Source: an uncultured Candidatus Saccharibacteria bacterium (GTDB lineage: Bacteria; Patescibacteriota; Minisyncoccia; UBA6257; 1-14-0-10-40-38). From it: a DNA stretch of 64,000 nucleotides. A program made the translations under genes and the position numbers. Positions 48,156-58,398 of this stretch are shown here, piece by piece (the stretch's first letter is position 1; every line of letters starts with the position of its first letter). The DNA lies in the NCBI GenBank assembly GCA_964543265.1, contig CAZIWN010000001.1, positions 38,470-102,469 of the forward strand. The letters are read 5' to 3'. Under the pieces are notes generated by a model. That model was not told the DNA's origin. It made no database searches and saw only the letters and a list, made by a program, of their open reading frames with translations.

Positions 48156-50285
48156 ATGTCTAAATATCCAATTGAAAGAGTCCGCGATATAGGTATCACA
48201 GCTCATATCGATGCTGGTAAAACAACAGTTTCAGAACGTGTTCTTTATTACACGGGAGTTTCTCATAAAATAGGAGAAGTTCACACTGGCGATACCGTCA
48301 TGGACTGGATGGATCAAGAGCGCGAAAGAGGAATCACTATCACTTCCGCTGCCACCACTTGCTTTTGGATACCTTCATATCTAAAAAGAGATAACCCAAA
48401 CAAATCGATCGCAGATCTTAAAAAAGATAGCGAATACAGAATAAACTTAATTGACACTCCTGGGCACATCGACTTTACCGTTGAGGTTAAGCGCTCATTG
48501 AGAGTTTTAGATGGTGCCGTCGTTGTTTTTGATGGTGTTTCTGGTGTTGAGCCTCAATCTGAAACCAACTGGAGATATGCAGACGAGTTCGGAGTTCCAA
48601 GAATCTGCTTCATAAATAAATTAGATAGAATGGGTGCTTCTTTTATGGATTCATTAAAATCAATTCATGAAAGATTGAATCCAAACGCAATTCCAGTTCA
48701 GCTTCCTATGGGATCAGAAGCTAATTTTAAGGGCGTCATAGACTTAATCAGAAACACAGCTGTTTATTTCGAGGGAGAAATGGGAGGAGATATTATTGAA
48801 AAAGAAATTCCAGAAGAATTTAAAAAAGAAGCAGCTGAATGGAGACAAAAATTAATAGAAAAAATTGTAGAACAAGACGAAAAACTTCTTGAAAAATATT
48901 TAGCAGGAGAAGAAATTCCGGTTGCTGATTTGAAAAAAACTTTAAGAAAAGCCACTTTAGCCGTAAAGCTTATTCCAGTCTTTACCGGAACAGCTTTAAA
49001 AAATAAAGGAGTCCAGTTGGTTTTGGATGGTGTTATTGATTATCTTCCGGCCCCAACAGATTTGCCTCCAACTAAAGGAACAGATTTTAAAACAGGAGCC
49101 CCAGTTTCTCGTATTCCAAAAGATACCGAGCCATTCTGTGCTTTAGCTTTCAAGATTGCCGCAGATCCTTTCGTCGGTTCTTTAACCTTTTTCCGTGTTT
49201 ATTCAGGAAGTTTGAAAAAAGGAAGCTATATTTTAAATTCCACTAAAAATGTTCAAGAACGTATTGGTAGAATCGTTAGAATGCACGCTAATAAGCGCGA
49301 AGAGGTAGACGAAATTCCAGCCGGAGATATTGGAGCCATTGTAGGACTTAAGGGAACCACAACTGGAGACACTCTCTGCGATCCAGAAAATCCATTAGTC
49401 TTAGAAAAAATTGTCTTCCCAGAACCAGTTATTTCTCAAAAGATTGAACCTAAGAGTAAAGCTGACCAAGAGAAGATGGGTATGGCTTTAAATAGATTAA
49501 GAGAAGAAGATCCAACCTTCCACGTTAAAGGAGATGCTGATACGGGAGAAACTATTATCTCTGGAATGGGAGAGCTTCATCTTGAGGTTTTAGTTGAAAG
49601 AATGAAGCGCGAATTCGGAGTTGAGGCCAACGTTGGCCGTCCACAGGTTGCCTATAAGGAAACCATTAAAGGCACAGCCGAAGCGCAGGGTAAATATATC
49701 AAGCAGTCTGGAGGACGCGGACAATATGGAGACGTTAAAATTAAAGTTGAGCCATTGGAGCGCGGAAAAGGATTTGAATTCGTTGACGCCATTAAATCTG
49801 GTGCTATTCCAAGAGAATTTATTCCAGCCGTTGAAAAAGGTATTACGGCTGAAAAAGAAAAGGGAGTTGTCGCCGGTTTCCCTATGGTGGACTTCAGAGT
49901 CACTTTAATAGACGGTTCATATCACGATGTCGACTCTTCTGAAATGGCCTTCAAATTTGCCGGTTCAATGGCCTACAAAGAAGGTGTTAAAAACGCCAAA
50001 CCAGTCATTCTTGAACCTATTATGAAAGTCCAAGTTATTATCCCAACAGAATTTATGGGTGATATTACCGGAGATATTTCCTCTAAGAGGGGACGCATTG
50101 AAGAAATGTCAGATCGTATGAACACTAAAGTTGTGGACGCCAAAGTTCCTCTTTCGGAAATGTTCGGTTATGCAACCAGATTAAGATCAATGACACAGGG
50201 AAGAGGAAACTTCACTATGGAATTCTCCAACTACGAAGAAGCTCCAGCATCAGTTACCGCTTTGATTAAGGAAGGAAAGAAATAG
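48156..50285 (+). CDS. fusA: Elongation factor G
   Basis: [34 protein letters not shown]. Confidence 0.98.
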   Translation: MSKYPIERVRDIGITAHIDAGKTTVSERVLYYTGVSHKIGEVHTGDTVMDWMDQERERGITITSAATTCFWIPSYLKRDNPNKSIADLKKDSEYRINLIDTPGHIDFTVEVKRSLRVLDGAVVVFDGVSGVEPQSETNWRYADEFGVPRICFINKLDRMGASFMDSLKSIHERLNPNAIPVQLPMGSEANFKGVIDLIRNTAVYFEGEMGGDIIEKEIPEEFKKEAAEWRQKLIEKIVEQDEKLLEKYLAGEEIPVADLKKTLRKATLAVKLIPVFTGTALKNKGVQLVLDGVIDYLPAPTDLPPTKGTDFKTGAPVSRIPKDTEPFCALAFKIAADPFVGSLTFFRVYSGSLKKGSYILNSTKNVQERIGRIVRMHANKREEVDEIPAGDIGAIVGLKGTTTGDTLCDPENPLVLEKIVFPEPVISQKIEPKSKADQEKMGMALNRLREEDPTFHVKGDADTGETIISGMGELHLEVLVERMKREFGVEANVGRPQVAYKETIKGTAEAQGKYIKQSGGRGQYGDVKIKVEPLERGKGFEFVDAIKSGAIPREFIPAVEKGITAEKEKGVVAGFPMVDFRVTLIDGSYHDVDSSEMAFKFAGSMAYKEGVKNAKPVILEPIMKVQVIIPTEFMGDITGDISSKRGRIEEMSDRMNTKVVDAKVPLSEMFGYATRLRSMTQGRGNFTMEFSNYEEAPASVTALIKEGKK

Positions 50286-50292
50286 AAAAATC

Positions 50293-50328
50293 ATCAAAAA
50301 ACCACCCAATTTTGGGTGGTTTTTTGAT
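50293..50328 (+). terminator. Intrinsic terminator after fusA
   Basis: atcaaaaaaccaccca/tgggtggttttttgat. Confidence 0.85.
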
Positions 50329-50500
50329 ATCTGTAAACTTTCTCAAAATAAAATTCCTTACTATATATTGACTATTTAATGCGTATTGTGCTATAAATAT
50401 AAAAGTTTTGTTACGAACATTAACCAATTAAAGCTAATTTCTCGTATAGGGCGCGAGCTCTCAAGAGGGATGTAGCTTTAAAAGAAAAGGGAGATCTGCG

Positions 50501-50602
50501 ATGTGTCTAGGGCGAAAGAATAGTATTATTTTTGCGCACATTTCAACCATCCTCGTAATCATAAGTGGACTTTTGTTGTTTTTGTGCTCAAGAACTGCAT
50601 AA
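50501..50602 (+). CDS. Orphan 33-aa single-TM peptide MCLGRKNSIIFAHISTILVIISGLLLFLCSRTA
   Basis: Hand translation; AAGGGAG SD; structured 5' leader; downstream hairpin 50623-50663. Confidence 0.5.
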   Translation: MCLGRKNSIIFAHISTILVIISGLLLFLCSRTA

Positions 50603-50738
50603 AGGCAGCACGAAGATCTGTAAAAACACCCAAAGGGCGATATGTTTGTCTGGCGGGTGTTTTAATTTGTAAATTATTCTAGTCTAGTGGCTATTGGCTA
50701 AACCCTATACCCTATGTATAATTTAACGCATACGAAAC

Positions 50739-52157
50739 ATGCAAAGAACTCTTATTGGCGAGTTGAAAAATCACATTGGTAAAGAAGTTTTATTAAAAGG
50801 CTGGGTAGATGTCCGTCGCGACCATGGAAAATTAATTTTCTTTGATCTCCGCGATGTCTCTGGAATCGTCCAGATGGTAGTCCTTCCAAACCACAAAGAA
50901 GCTATGGAAAAATCTCAACCTATTCGCGATGAATGGGTTCTTGAGGTTAAAGGTAAAGTTAATTCGAGACCTGAAAAAATGGTTAATGCCAATGAATTAA
51001 ATGGCTCAATCGAATTAGAAGTTTTGGAAATAAATATCTTAAACGAGGCCAAAACTCCTCCATTTGATTTGCACTCCGACGGAAAAGAGATAAACGAAGA
51101 AGCTAGATTAAAATATAGATATTTAGATTTGCGTCGTGGAAGAATGCAAAAAAATATCAGAAATAGATTTAAGGTTGAAAATTTTGTCCGTAATTTCTTG
51201 GAAAAAGAAAATTTTACCGAAATTGAATCACCTCTTCTTTCTGCTCCAACACCAGAAGGTTCCAGAAGCTATATTGTGCCAAGTCGCCTATGGAATGGCA
51301 GTTTCTATTCTCTGCCCCAATCTCCTCAGCAGTATAAGCAATTATTAATGGTTGCTGGTTTTGAAAAATATTTCCAATTCGCTCGCTGTATGAGAGACGA
51401 AGATACTCGAGGCGACCGCCAGCCAGAATTCACCCAGTTAGACATGGAGTTATCTTTCGTGTCAGAAGAGGACGTAATAAGTCTTAATGAAAGACTTTTA
51501 ATAGACATTGTTAAAAAATTTTATCCAGAGAAAAAAATCCAAGAGATTCCTTTTCCTAGAATCACCTATAAGGAAGTTATGGAGCGTTATGGTTCCGACA
51601 AGCCTGATATTAGGAAAGACAAAAACGATCCAAATCTTTTAGCTTTCCTTTGGGTTACTGATTTTCCATTTTTCGAAAAAACAGGAGAAGACAATATTGA
51701 TGGAACGGGGGAATGGACATTCACTCATAATCCATTTTCAAGACCAAAAGAATCTGATTTAGAAAACTTTAGGAATAAAAAGAATATCGGCAGTATTTTA
51801 ACCACCCAATATGATGTTACTTTAAACGGTTTCGAGATCGCCGGCGGAAGCATCAGGAATTATAGATCATCCGATCTTAAAACCACTTTCCAAATTATGG
51901 GTTACAGCGATGAACGTATCCAAAAAAACTTCGGGCATATGTTGACCGCCCTAGATTTTGGTGCTCCGCCCCACGGAGGAATTGCTTGGGGCTTCGATCG
52001 CTTAATGATGATTTTGGAAAATGAGCCAAACATCAGAGAAGTCATTCCATTTGCTAAAACTGGAGAAGGCAAGGATCTAATGATGGAAGCACCATCAGAA
52101 GTTTCCGAGCGCCAACTTAAAGAATTGGGTATTACCATAAAACCAAAAAAGAAATAA
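50739..52157 (+). CDS. aspS: Aspartate--tRNA ligase, short form lacking the GAD insertion
   Basis: RRDHG...F.DLRD, LPQSPQQYKQLLM, RDED.R.DRQPEFTQLD, PPHGGIAWGFDR. Confidence 0.95.
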   Translation: MQRTLIGELKNHIGKEVLLKGWVDVRRDHGKLIFFDLRDVSGIVQMVVLPNHKEAMEKSQPIRDEWVLEVKGKVNSRPEKMVNANELNGSIELEVLEINILNEAKTPPFDLHSDGKEINEEARLKYRYLDLRRGRMQKNIRNRFKVENFVRNFLEKENFTEIESPLLSAPTPEGSRSYIVPSRLWNGSFYSLPQSPQQYKQLLMVAGFEKYFQFARCMRDEDTRGDRQPEFTQLDMELSFVSEEDVISLNERLLIDIVKKFYPEKKIQEIPFPRITYKEVMERYGSDKPDIRKDKNDPNLLAFLWVTDFPFFEKTGEDNIDGTGEWTFTHNPFSRPKESDLENFRNKKNIGSILTTQYDVTLNGFEIAGGSIRNYRSSDLKTTFQIMGYSDERIQKNFGHMLTALDFGAPPHGGIAWGFDRLMMILENEPNIREVIPFAKTGEGKDLMMEAPSEVSERQLKELGITIKPKKK

Positions 52158-52168
52158 AATATAAAAAT

Positions 52169-52771
52169 ATGCACAGAAAATCAGAAAAAACATTAGTAAT
52201 CTTAAAACCAGATTCAGTTCAGAGAGGATTAATCGGAGAAATAATTAGCAGATTCGAAAGAGCTGGCCTAAAAATGATCGGAGTTAAATTAGTGGTTCCA
52301 ACCGCAGCCATGGCGGAAAAACACTATACAACCGATCCAGAATGGATTATGAAGACAGGTAGAAAAGCTATAGAAGCCTATAAGAAAAACGGCAAAAAAC
52401 CACCATCAGAAGACCCAGAAGAAGTAGGCAAAAAGGTTTTAAATAACTTAAAACACTATTTAACCTGTGGACCGGTAGTTGTTATGGCCTGGAGGGGAAT
52501 TCACGCTGTAGGGGTCGTTAGAAAGCTTGTTGGTTCAACAGAACCAATGTCTTCCGACGTGGGAACTATCCGAGGAGACTATACGATAGATTCTTATGAG
52601 ATCGCAGATTTAGACGGACGAGCAGTCAGAAACTTGATTCATGCATCGGGCACAGAAGACGAAGCCGATAAAGAAATTAATTTATGGTTTAAGAAAGATG
52701 AAATCTTAAAATATAATTTGGTTTCCGAAAGAATCCTTTACGATATAAATCTAGACGGCATCCTAGAATAA
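52169..52771 (+). CDS. ndk: Nucleoside diphosphate kinase
   Basis: LKPDSVQR, GTIRGD, NLIHAS. Confidence 0.93.
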   Translation: MHRKSEKTLVILKPDSVQRGLIGEIISRFERAGLKMIGVKLVVPTAAMAEKHYTTDPEWIMKTGRKAIEAYKKNGKKPPSEDPEEVGKKVLNNLKHYLTCGPVVVMAWRGIHAVGVVRKLVGSTEPMSSDVGTIRGDYTIDSYEIADLDGRAVRNLIHASGTEDEADKEINLWFKKDEILKYNLVSERILYDINLDGILE

Positions 52772-52809
52772 AAAATAAAAAACCCGCACAATGCGGGTTT
52801 TTTATTTTT
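52771..52809. terminator. Bidirectional terminator
   Basis: aaaaataaaaaacccgca/tgcgggttttttattttt. Confidence 0.85.
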
Positions 52810-52815
52810 CAAATC

Positions 52816-53268
52816 TTATACATTCATTCCACCACCCATACCAGAGGTATTATCAGCTGTTTTCCTGCAGTCGACAGAATATTTTCCAGGACCAGTAATC
52901 ATTAAAGAAACTAAGCCAGCTAATAATGAGAGTGGTAATTCCATTGAGTTTGGCCCAATAAGTCCAACCTTCATATGTACTGTAAATATTGCCACCAACA
53001 TTACAATTCCAAGCAATTTAGTTGCCCAATGCGTTAAGAATCCTAATAAAACCGCAATTCCTCCCAAGAATTCAACCCAAGATACTAAGACGGCAAAAAA
53101 TCCAGCAGCAGGAATTCCAACTTGAGAGAAAAATCCCTCAACCATTCCATCCGGAGCTCCAATCTTCTGCCAGCCATGAGCTATAAATATAACACCAATC
53201 ACAACTCTTAATATTAATGGGGCAATCTCTTGCCATTTATCAGAACACTTACATTTCAATAAGTTCAT
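52816..53268 (-). CDS. DoxX family membrane protein
   Basis: LR...G..F..HG.QK, E..GG...LLG, G.G.YS.D. Confidence 0.9.
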   Translation of the reverse strand: MNLLKCKCSDKWQEIAPLILRVVIGVIFIAHGWQKIGAPDGMVEGFFSQVGIPAAGFFAVLVSWVEFLGGIAVLLGFLTHWATKLLGIVMLVAIFTVHMKVGLIGPNSMELPLSLLAGLVSLMITGPGKYSVDCRKTADNTSGMGGGMNV

Positions 53269-53328
53269 TTTTTTTATAATTTATATTTTAATGTGATACA
53301 ATTATAGCATTAAAAATCGGTTAATTCT

Positions 53329-53643
53329 ATGAAAATATTAAAAGAATTGATTTTAATAATTGTTTTAGTCGGCGTTTTTTATTTTTTTGGAATTCCTTGG
53401 TATAAAAACCAAACAACTAAAAATTTCAAAGAAACTTCTTTTACATTTTCCGAAGGCGTATGCAAATTTGCTAAAGATTGTTCTTATGCTGGTGACGGTT
53501 GTGGCGGTGGGCACGGAGTTTGTACTAACGATCCTAAAAAGCACGAAAATGATATCAGCACTTGCAATATAAATGCCACACATCCTAAAAATAATGGATT
53601 TGAATGTTCTTGTATTAATACAAAATGTGGTTGGGGTAAGTAA
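53329..53643 (+). CDS. Membrane-anchored protein with eight-cysteine cluster domain
   Basis: N-terminal TM; 8 Cys pattern C..DC..GC..VC..TC..CSC..C.W. Confidence 0.65.
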   Translation: MKILKELILIIVLVGVFYFFGIPWYKNQTTKNFKETSFTFSEGVCKFAKDCSYAGDGCGGGHGVCTNDPKKHENDISTCNINATHPKNNGFECSCINTKCGWGK

Positions 53644-53682
53644 TTTTTGTAATAATTTTAAAAACTAAACGACATAATACAT

Positions 53683-54219
53683 ATGTATATACCAATAATT
53701 TTAGGGACATCCAGAGACGGTAGTGTTTCCGAGCATGTTGCCGATTTTGTTTTTAATTACATTAAGGGATTAAATAAATTCGAAACAGAGCTTTTAAAGA
53801 CAAAAGATTTTGTTTCGATTCCTTCTACGGGCGGAGCTATGAATAAAGAAATGCACGATAAGTGGCAATCTTCAGCTAATCGCGCCGACGGATTTATAAT
53901 TGTTTCTCCAGAATATAATCACGGTTATCCTGGTGAATTAAAGCTAATGATTGATGAATTTTTAAAAGAATACGAACATAAACCATTCGGAATTTGTGGG
54001 GTTTCAATTAGTCCAATGGGAGGGGTGAGAATGGTAGAGGCCTTAAAGGGAGTTATTTCTGAACTGAGGGGAGTCAGCTTAAGAAATTCTGTGTATTTTT
54101 CTACTGGTAATAAAATTTTAGACGATAATGAATACAAAGAGGGTAAAAAACCCCAAATCAATACAATGGTTGATGAGCTTCTCTGGTATGCTGAAGCATT
54201 AAAGGCAAAAAGGGGTTAA
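53683..54219 (+). CDS. NADPH-dependent FMN reductase
   Basis: ILGTSR, ADGFIIVSPEYNHGYPG.LK, GGVR. Confidence 0.9.
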   Translation: MYIPIILGTSRDGSVSEHVADFVFNYIKGLNKFETELLKTKDFVSIPSTGGAMNKEMHDKWQSSANRADGFIIVSPEYNHGYPGELKLMIDEFLKEYEHKPFGICGVSISPMGGVRMVEALKGVISELRGVSLRNSVYFSTGNKILDDNEYKEGKKPQINTMVDELLWYAEALKAKRG

Positions 54220-54255
54220 TCTAACCTTTATTAGTATTTTTATGTTATAAAATAT

Positions 54256-54663
54256 ATGAATAAATTTAATGAAGAAGAATTAAAAAAGAAATTAACTCCA
54301 GAAGAATATAGGGTTTTGCGCGAAAAGGGTACAGAGGCCCCTTTTGCCGGAGAATATGTAAACGAACACTCTAGGGGGATGTATAAGTGTAAGGTCTGCG
54401 ATGCCGTATTATTTTCATCGGACGCTAAATTCGATTCTGGAACTGGTTGGCCAAGCTTTACAGATCCTGCTAATACCAAAAACATAGAATTAAAAACGGA
54501 TGAATCTCATGGCATGAATCGAACCGAAGTTTTATGTAAAAATTGCGGAAGCCATTTAGGTCATGTTTTTAATGATGGTCCAACTAGTATGGACGGTAAA
54601 AAAGCCAGTGGCCAAAGATTTTGTATTAATTCTGTTTGTTTGAAACTAGAGAAAGAAAAATAA
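54256..54663 (+). CDS. msrB: Peptide-methionine (R)-S-oxide reductase
   Basis: [32 protein letters not shown]. Confidence 0.96.
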   Translation: MNKFNEEELKKKLTPEEYRVLREKGTEAPFAGEYVNEHSRGMYKCKVCDAVLFSSDAKFDSGTGWPSFTDPANTKNIELKTDESHGMNRTEVLCKNCGSHLGHVFNDGPTSMDGKKASGQRFCINSVCLKLEKEK

Positions 54664-54695
54664 AAAAAATCCGCCTTGAGGCGGATTTTTTTTAT
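54661..54695. terminator. Bidirectional terminator
   Basis: taaaaaaaatccgcc/ggcggatttttttta. Confidence 0.85.
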
Positions 54696-56233
54696 TATTT
54701 AGTAGAGTTGCTTAATATCTCATCTCCTTCGCCCAATCCAGAAACCACCTCAACTAATCCATTAGTTCCACGAATTCCAGTTTCTATCTTAATTTCTGAA
54801 ATTTCTCCTCCAATCATTTTTTTAACATAAGATCCATCATTTTTTTCAGTTATTGCATATTGCGGAGCAATTAAAATATTTTCTTTTTTCAAGGTTTCAA
54901 TTCTTAAATTAGACGTTAATCCACTTTTAATTCTAGGATCATATGAATCAAATTGCGCCTTTATTTTAAAATTAACTACTCCATCAACAATAGTTTCTCC
55001 CGGTTCAATCTCATATATTTTAGCTGTAAAATTTTCTTTTCCAAAAGCATCCATAGTTAAATTAATAATATTTCCTATATTAACTTTTCCAATATCTGTT
55101 TCTGGAATATTTGCTTCAATTATTAAACCTCCTTCAGAGTGAACAGTTAAAATATTTTTATTTATATTTGCAATTTCTCCGACTTCGGCATCTTTCTTGG
55201 TTATTTTTCCATCAATAGGTGATCGCAAAGATGCCTTTGCTAGTTTAGCTCTAATTGATTGAATTTTTGCTTTTGTTTGATCTATTGATGCTTTCTGTAT
55301 AGCTATTTCTTCTGGCGATCCTCCAGATTTTTTAAGAGCTAAGGTCTTTTCTTCTATGTCGAGAGTAGATTTAGCCGATTCATATGCTTGAATATAGCTA
55401 TTTAAGCTAGACAATACCGTATTTACATTCGTTCTTGCTGTTGAAATATTTGATTTATAAGTATCCAAAGAAGTTGCCGAAAGAGAGCTGCTTGGATTTG
55501 CATTATTAACAGCTATTCCAGCATTATCTAATAAAGATTTTGCTTTATCCACTACATTTTTAGCATCAGAATAATAATTTTCTATTTCTGAATAAGAATT
55601 TAACGTATTAATTTTAGTATAAAGCGCCCCCAAAAGACCTTCCACCTCAGACCTTCCGATTTCGAGGTTTAATTTAAGTTGCGAATCAGAGACTGGTATA
55701 TTAAAAATTGGAGATATTCCTTTTGGGTTTGTGTATAAAGCATCTAATTTATTTCTAATAGAATCGTCTGTTGTAGTGTAGCTACTATATATAGAACTAA
55801 TTAAATTTTCTTTGGAAGTTTTTAAATTTGTTTCAGCACTTAAAACTTTTGCCTCCTGAACTCCAACTTCTTCAGATTTAGCCCCGCTCAATATATTGGC
55901 GAGCTTTAAGTTTTCTATGTTTAACCCAGCTTCGCTTTCTGCTAAGTCTGCATATAAATCAGTTTTATCAATTTCAGCCAAAAGCTGTCCGGCATATACT
56001 TCTTCGCCAACTTTTACATAAATATTGCTTATTTTCCCCGCTGTTTCAAAACCAAGAGATATCTCTTTTAGCGGAGCAGTTTTTCCAGTCACTACAACTT
56101 CTTCTGAAAGAGATCCTTTAGTTATCCTTATCGATTCATAATTATTTCCATTTTTCGCTTTTACAACAAAAAAAGTAATCAAAATTACGGCCAAAATTCC
56201 AACACCCAATAAAATCTTTTTGTTTTTATTCAT
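54695..56233 (-). CDS. Efflux periplasmic adaptor (HlyD/MacA-like) with long coiled coil
   Basis: N-terminal TM; lipoyl halves G.I..I.VKVGE.V..GQ.L and L.SPIDG.I; C-terminal SGL.EGD. Confidence 0.85.
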   Translation of the reverse strand: MNKNKKILLGVGILAVILITFFVVKAKNGNNYESIRITKGSLSEEVVVTGKTAPLKEISLGFETAGKISNIYVKVGEEVYAGQLLAEIDKTDLYADLAESEAGLNIENLKLANILSGAKSEEVGVQEAKVLSAETNLKTSKENLISSIYSSYTTTDDSIRNKLDALYTNPKGISPIFNIPVSDSQLKLNLEIGRSEVEGLLGALYTKINTLNSYSEIENYYSDAKNVVDKAKSLLDNAGIAVNNANPSSSLSATSLDTYKSNISTARTNVNTVLSSLNSYIQAYESAKSTLDIEEKTLALKKSGGSPEEIAIQKASIDQTKAKIQSIRAKLAKASLRSPIDGKITKKDAEVGEIANINKNILTVHSEGGLIIEANIPETDIGKVNIGNIINLTMDAFGKENFTAKIYEIEPGETIVDGVVNFKIKAQFDSYDPRIKSGLTSNLRIETLKKENILIAPQYAITEKNDGSYVKKMIGGEISEIKIETGIRGTNGLVEVVSGLGEGDEILSNSTK

Positions 56234-56399
56234 ATATCTTTTTATGTGTTATATGATAATATTTTTTACCATTTTTAGCAATTTATAAGCAATATAATTA
56301 AATCTATTTTTTATCTGAAATATGTGCTATCATTGCCATACATACCCCCCAGTCCCTGGGAATGGGGTGATTTTTCGTATCCATAACCCAACTAAATCA

Positions 56400-58397
56400 A
56401 TGAGTAAATTTGAATTAATCTCAAAAAACCAACCAGCAGGTGACCAGCCTAAAGCGATTAAGTCGCTTGTTTCAGGTTTAAAAAATGGATATGACTACCA
56501 GACTCTTTTGGGAGTAACCGGCTCTGGAAAAACTTTTACCATTGCCAATGTAATTGCTGAAATCCAAAAACCAACACTCGTGATTGCTCACAACAAAACT
56601 TTAGCCGCCCAGCTTTGTAATGAGTTACGTGAATTGTTCCCCAAAAATTCCGTAAACTATTTTGTTTCTTACTACGACTACTATCAACCAGAGGCCTATA
56701 TGCCAAATTCTGATACTTATATCGGCAAAGAATCTATGGTTAACGAAGAAATAGATAAACTTCGCCACGAAGCCACAGTTTCTCTCCTTACTAGAAAAGA
56801 TGTTATCGTGGTTGCTTCTGTTTCTTGTATTTATGGATTAGGAGCTCCAACGGCATACGCAGAAAATATTTATAAACTCACCTCGGGAATGGATATTGAT
56901 AGGGCAGAATTTTCCCGTAGGTTGGTGACTTTACAATATTCTAGAACTTCTGTTGATTTAAAAAGAGGCAATTTTCGCCTTCGAGGAGAAAATTGGGAAA
57001 TCATGCCTCCAGGAAAAGATGTTATTTATTCTTTTGAGGTTAAAAACGGAAAAATCCAAAAAATCTACGAAGTAGATCCAATTTTAGGTTTCCAACCAGG
57101 CAAAACTCCAGAAATGGAAGAGGTGATAATTTCTCCAGTTAAGCATTTCATCACTCCCAAGCAAGATATGGATAAAGCCATCGTAAGAATCCAAGAGGAG
57201 TTAAAAAACAGATTAAAATATTTTGAAAAAAACGGAAAATTATTAGAAGCAGAACGTTTAGAGAGAAGAACTAAATTTGATTTAGCTATGATGCGCGAAA
57301 TTGGCTATTGTAATGGCATAGAAAACTATTCTCAGCCAATTTCAGGGCGCAATCCAGGTGAACCCCCAGAAACTTTATTGGATTATTTTCCTAAAAAAGA
57401 AGACGGCTCACCAGACTTTTTAACCGTCATAGACGAATCACACGTCACCGTTCCTCAATTAAATGGAATGCACGCAGGAGACGCTTCCAGAAAAGAAACT
57501 TTAGTTGAATATGGGTTTAGGCTTCCCTCCGCTAAAGATAATAGGCCCTTAAGATTTGAAGAATTTAAAGAAAGAATAGGGCAGACTATTTTTACTTCCG
57601 CAACGCCTGCGAAATTCGAATATGAAAACTCCAAGCAGATAGTGGAGCAGATTATTCGTCCAACCGGTCTTTTAGATCCAGAAATAGAAATTAAGCCAGT
57701 TAAGGGTCAGGTTGATGATGCTATTTTAAGAATCAAAGAAATAGTTGAGAAAAAAGAGAGGGTTTTAGTCACGACTCTAACTAAAAAAATGGCCGAAGAT
57801 TTAAGTTCTTATCTGGCAGAAAAAAATATTAAAGTCAGCTATCTGCATAGTGATGTAAAAACGCTAGACAGAATTAAAATTCTTACCAATTTAAGAAAAG
57901 GCAATTTTGACTGTTTGGTTGGGGTAAACCTCTTAAGAGAAGGTTTGGACTTGCCAGAAGTTTCTTTAGTTTTAATTTTAGATGCAGACAAGGAGGGATT
58001 TTTAAGAAGTGAAACGTCTCTTACTCAAACTATCGGCCGCGCTGCCAGAAACTCTGCAGGAAAAGTTATTCTTTATGCAGATAATATTACCGGCTCTATA
58101 GAAAAAGCCGTAACAGAAACAAGGCGCAGACGCACTCTCCAAGAGGCCTATAACAAGCTTCATAATATAACTCCAAAAACTATTATTAAAGAAATAAAAG
58201 ACATCTTACCAGCCGAAGAGATTTTAAAAATAGAAACCATGCCTCTTCCAAAATCTAAACGTGCTATGACTGCTTTAATTAAAGAAAAGGAAAGAGAGAT
58301 GAAGATCGCCGCCGAAGGATTAGATTTCGAACTCGCTACGATTTTAAGAGATGAAATTAAAAGGTTGAAAAGTAAAGACGCAATAAAAGAAAAATAA
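56400..58397 (+). CDS. uvrB: Excinuclease ABC subunit B
   Basis: GVTGSGKTFT, YYDYYQPEAY, DESH, QTIGRAARN; start reassigned to ATG 56400. Confidence 0.97.
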   Translation: MSKFELISKNQPAGDQPKAIKSLVSGLKNGYDYQTLLGVTGSGKTFTIANVIAEIQKPTLVIAHNKTLAAQLCNELRELFPKNSVNYFVSYYDYYQPEAYMPNSDTYIGKESMVNEEIDKLRHEATVSLLTRKDVIVVASVSCIYGLGAPTAYAENIYKLTSGMDIDRAEFSRRLVTLQYSRTSVDLKRGNFRLRGENWEIMPPGKDVIYSFEVKNGKIQKIYEVDPILGFQPGKTPEMEEVIISPVKHFITPKQDMDKAIVRIQEELKNRLKYFEKNGKLLEAERLERRTKFDLAMMREIGYCNGIENYSQPISGRNPGEPPETLLDYFPKKEDGSPDFLTVIDESHVTVPQLNGMHAGDASRKETLVEYGFRLPSAKDNRPLRFEEFKERIGQTIFTSATPAKFEYENSKQIVEQIIRPTGLLDPEIEIKPVKGQVDDAILRIKEIVEKKERVLVTTLTKKMAEDLSSYLAEKNIKVSYLHSDVKTLDRIKILTNLRKGNFDCLVGVNLLREGLDLPEVSLVLILDADKEGFLRSETSLTQTIGRAARNSAGKVILYADNITGSIEKAVTETRRRRTLQEAYNKLHNITPKTIIKEIKDILPAEEILKIETMPLPKSKRAMTALIKEKEREMKIAAEGLDFELATILRDEIKRLKSKDAIKEK

Positions 58398-58398
58398 T

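Noticed and set aside
50440-50481. Purine riboswitch (ctcgtata start)
   Set aside because: Lacks the UAUGG and UUUCUACC core segments
56322-56399. N-terminal extension of UvrB (likewise the track's longer starts for rpsH and ABC-F)
   Set aside because: Homology starts at the downstream ATG; the extension overlaps promoter-like and hairpin sequence
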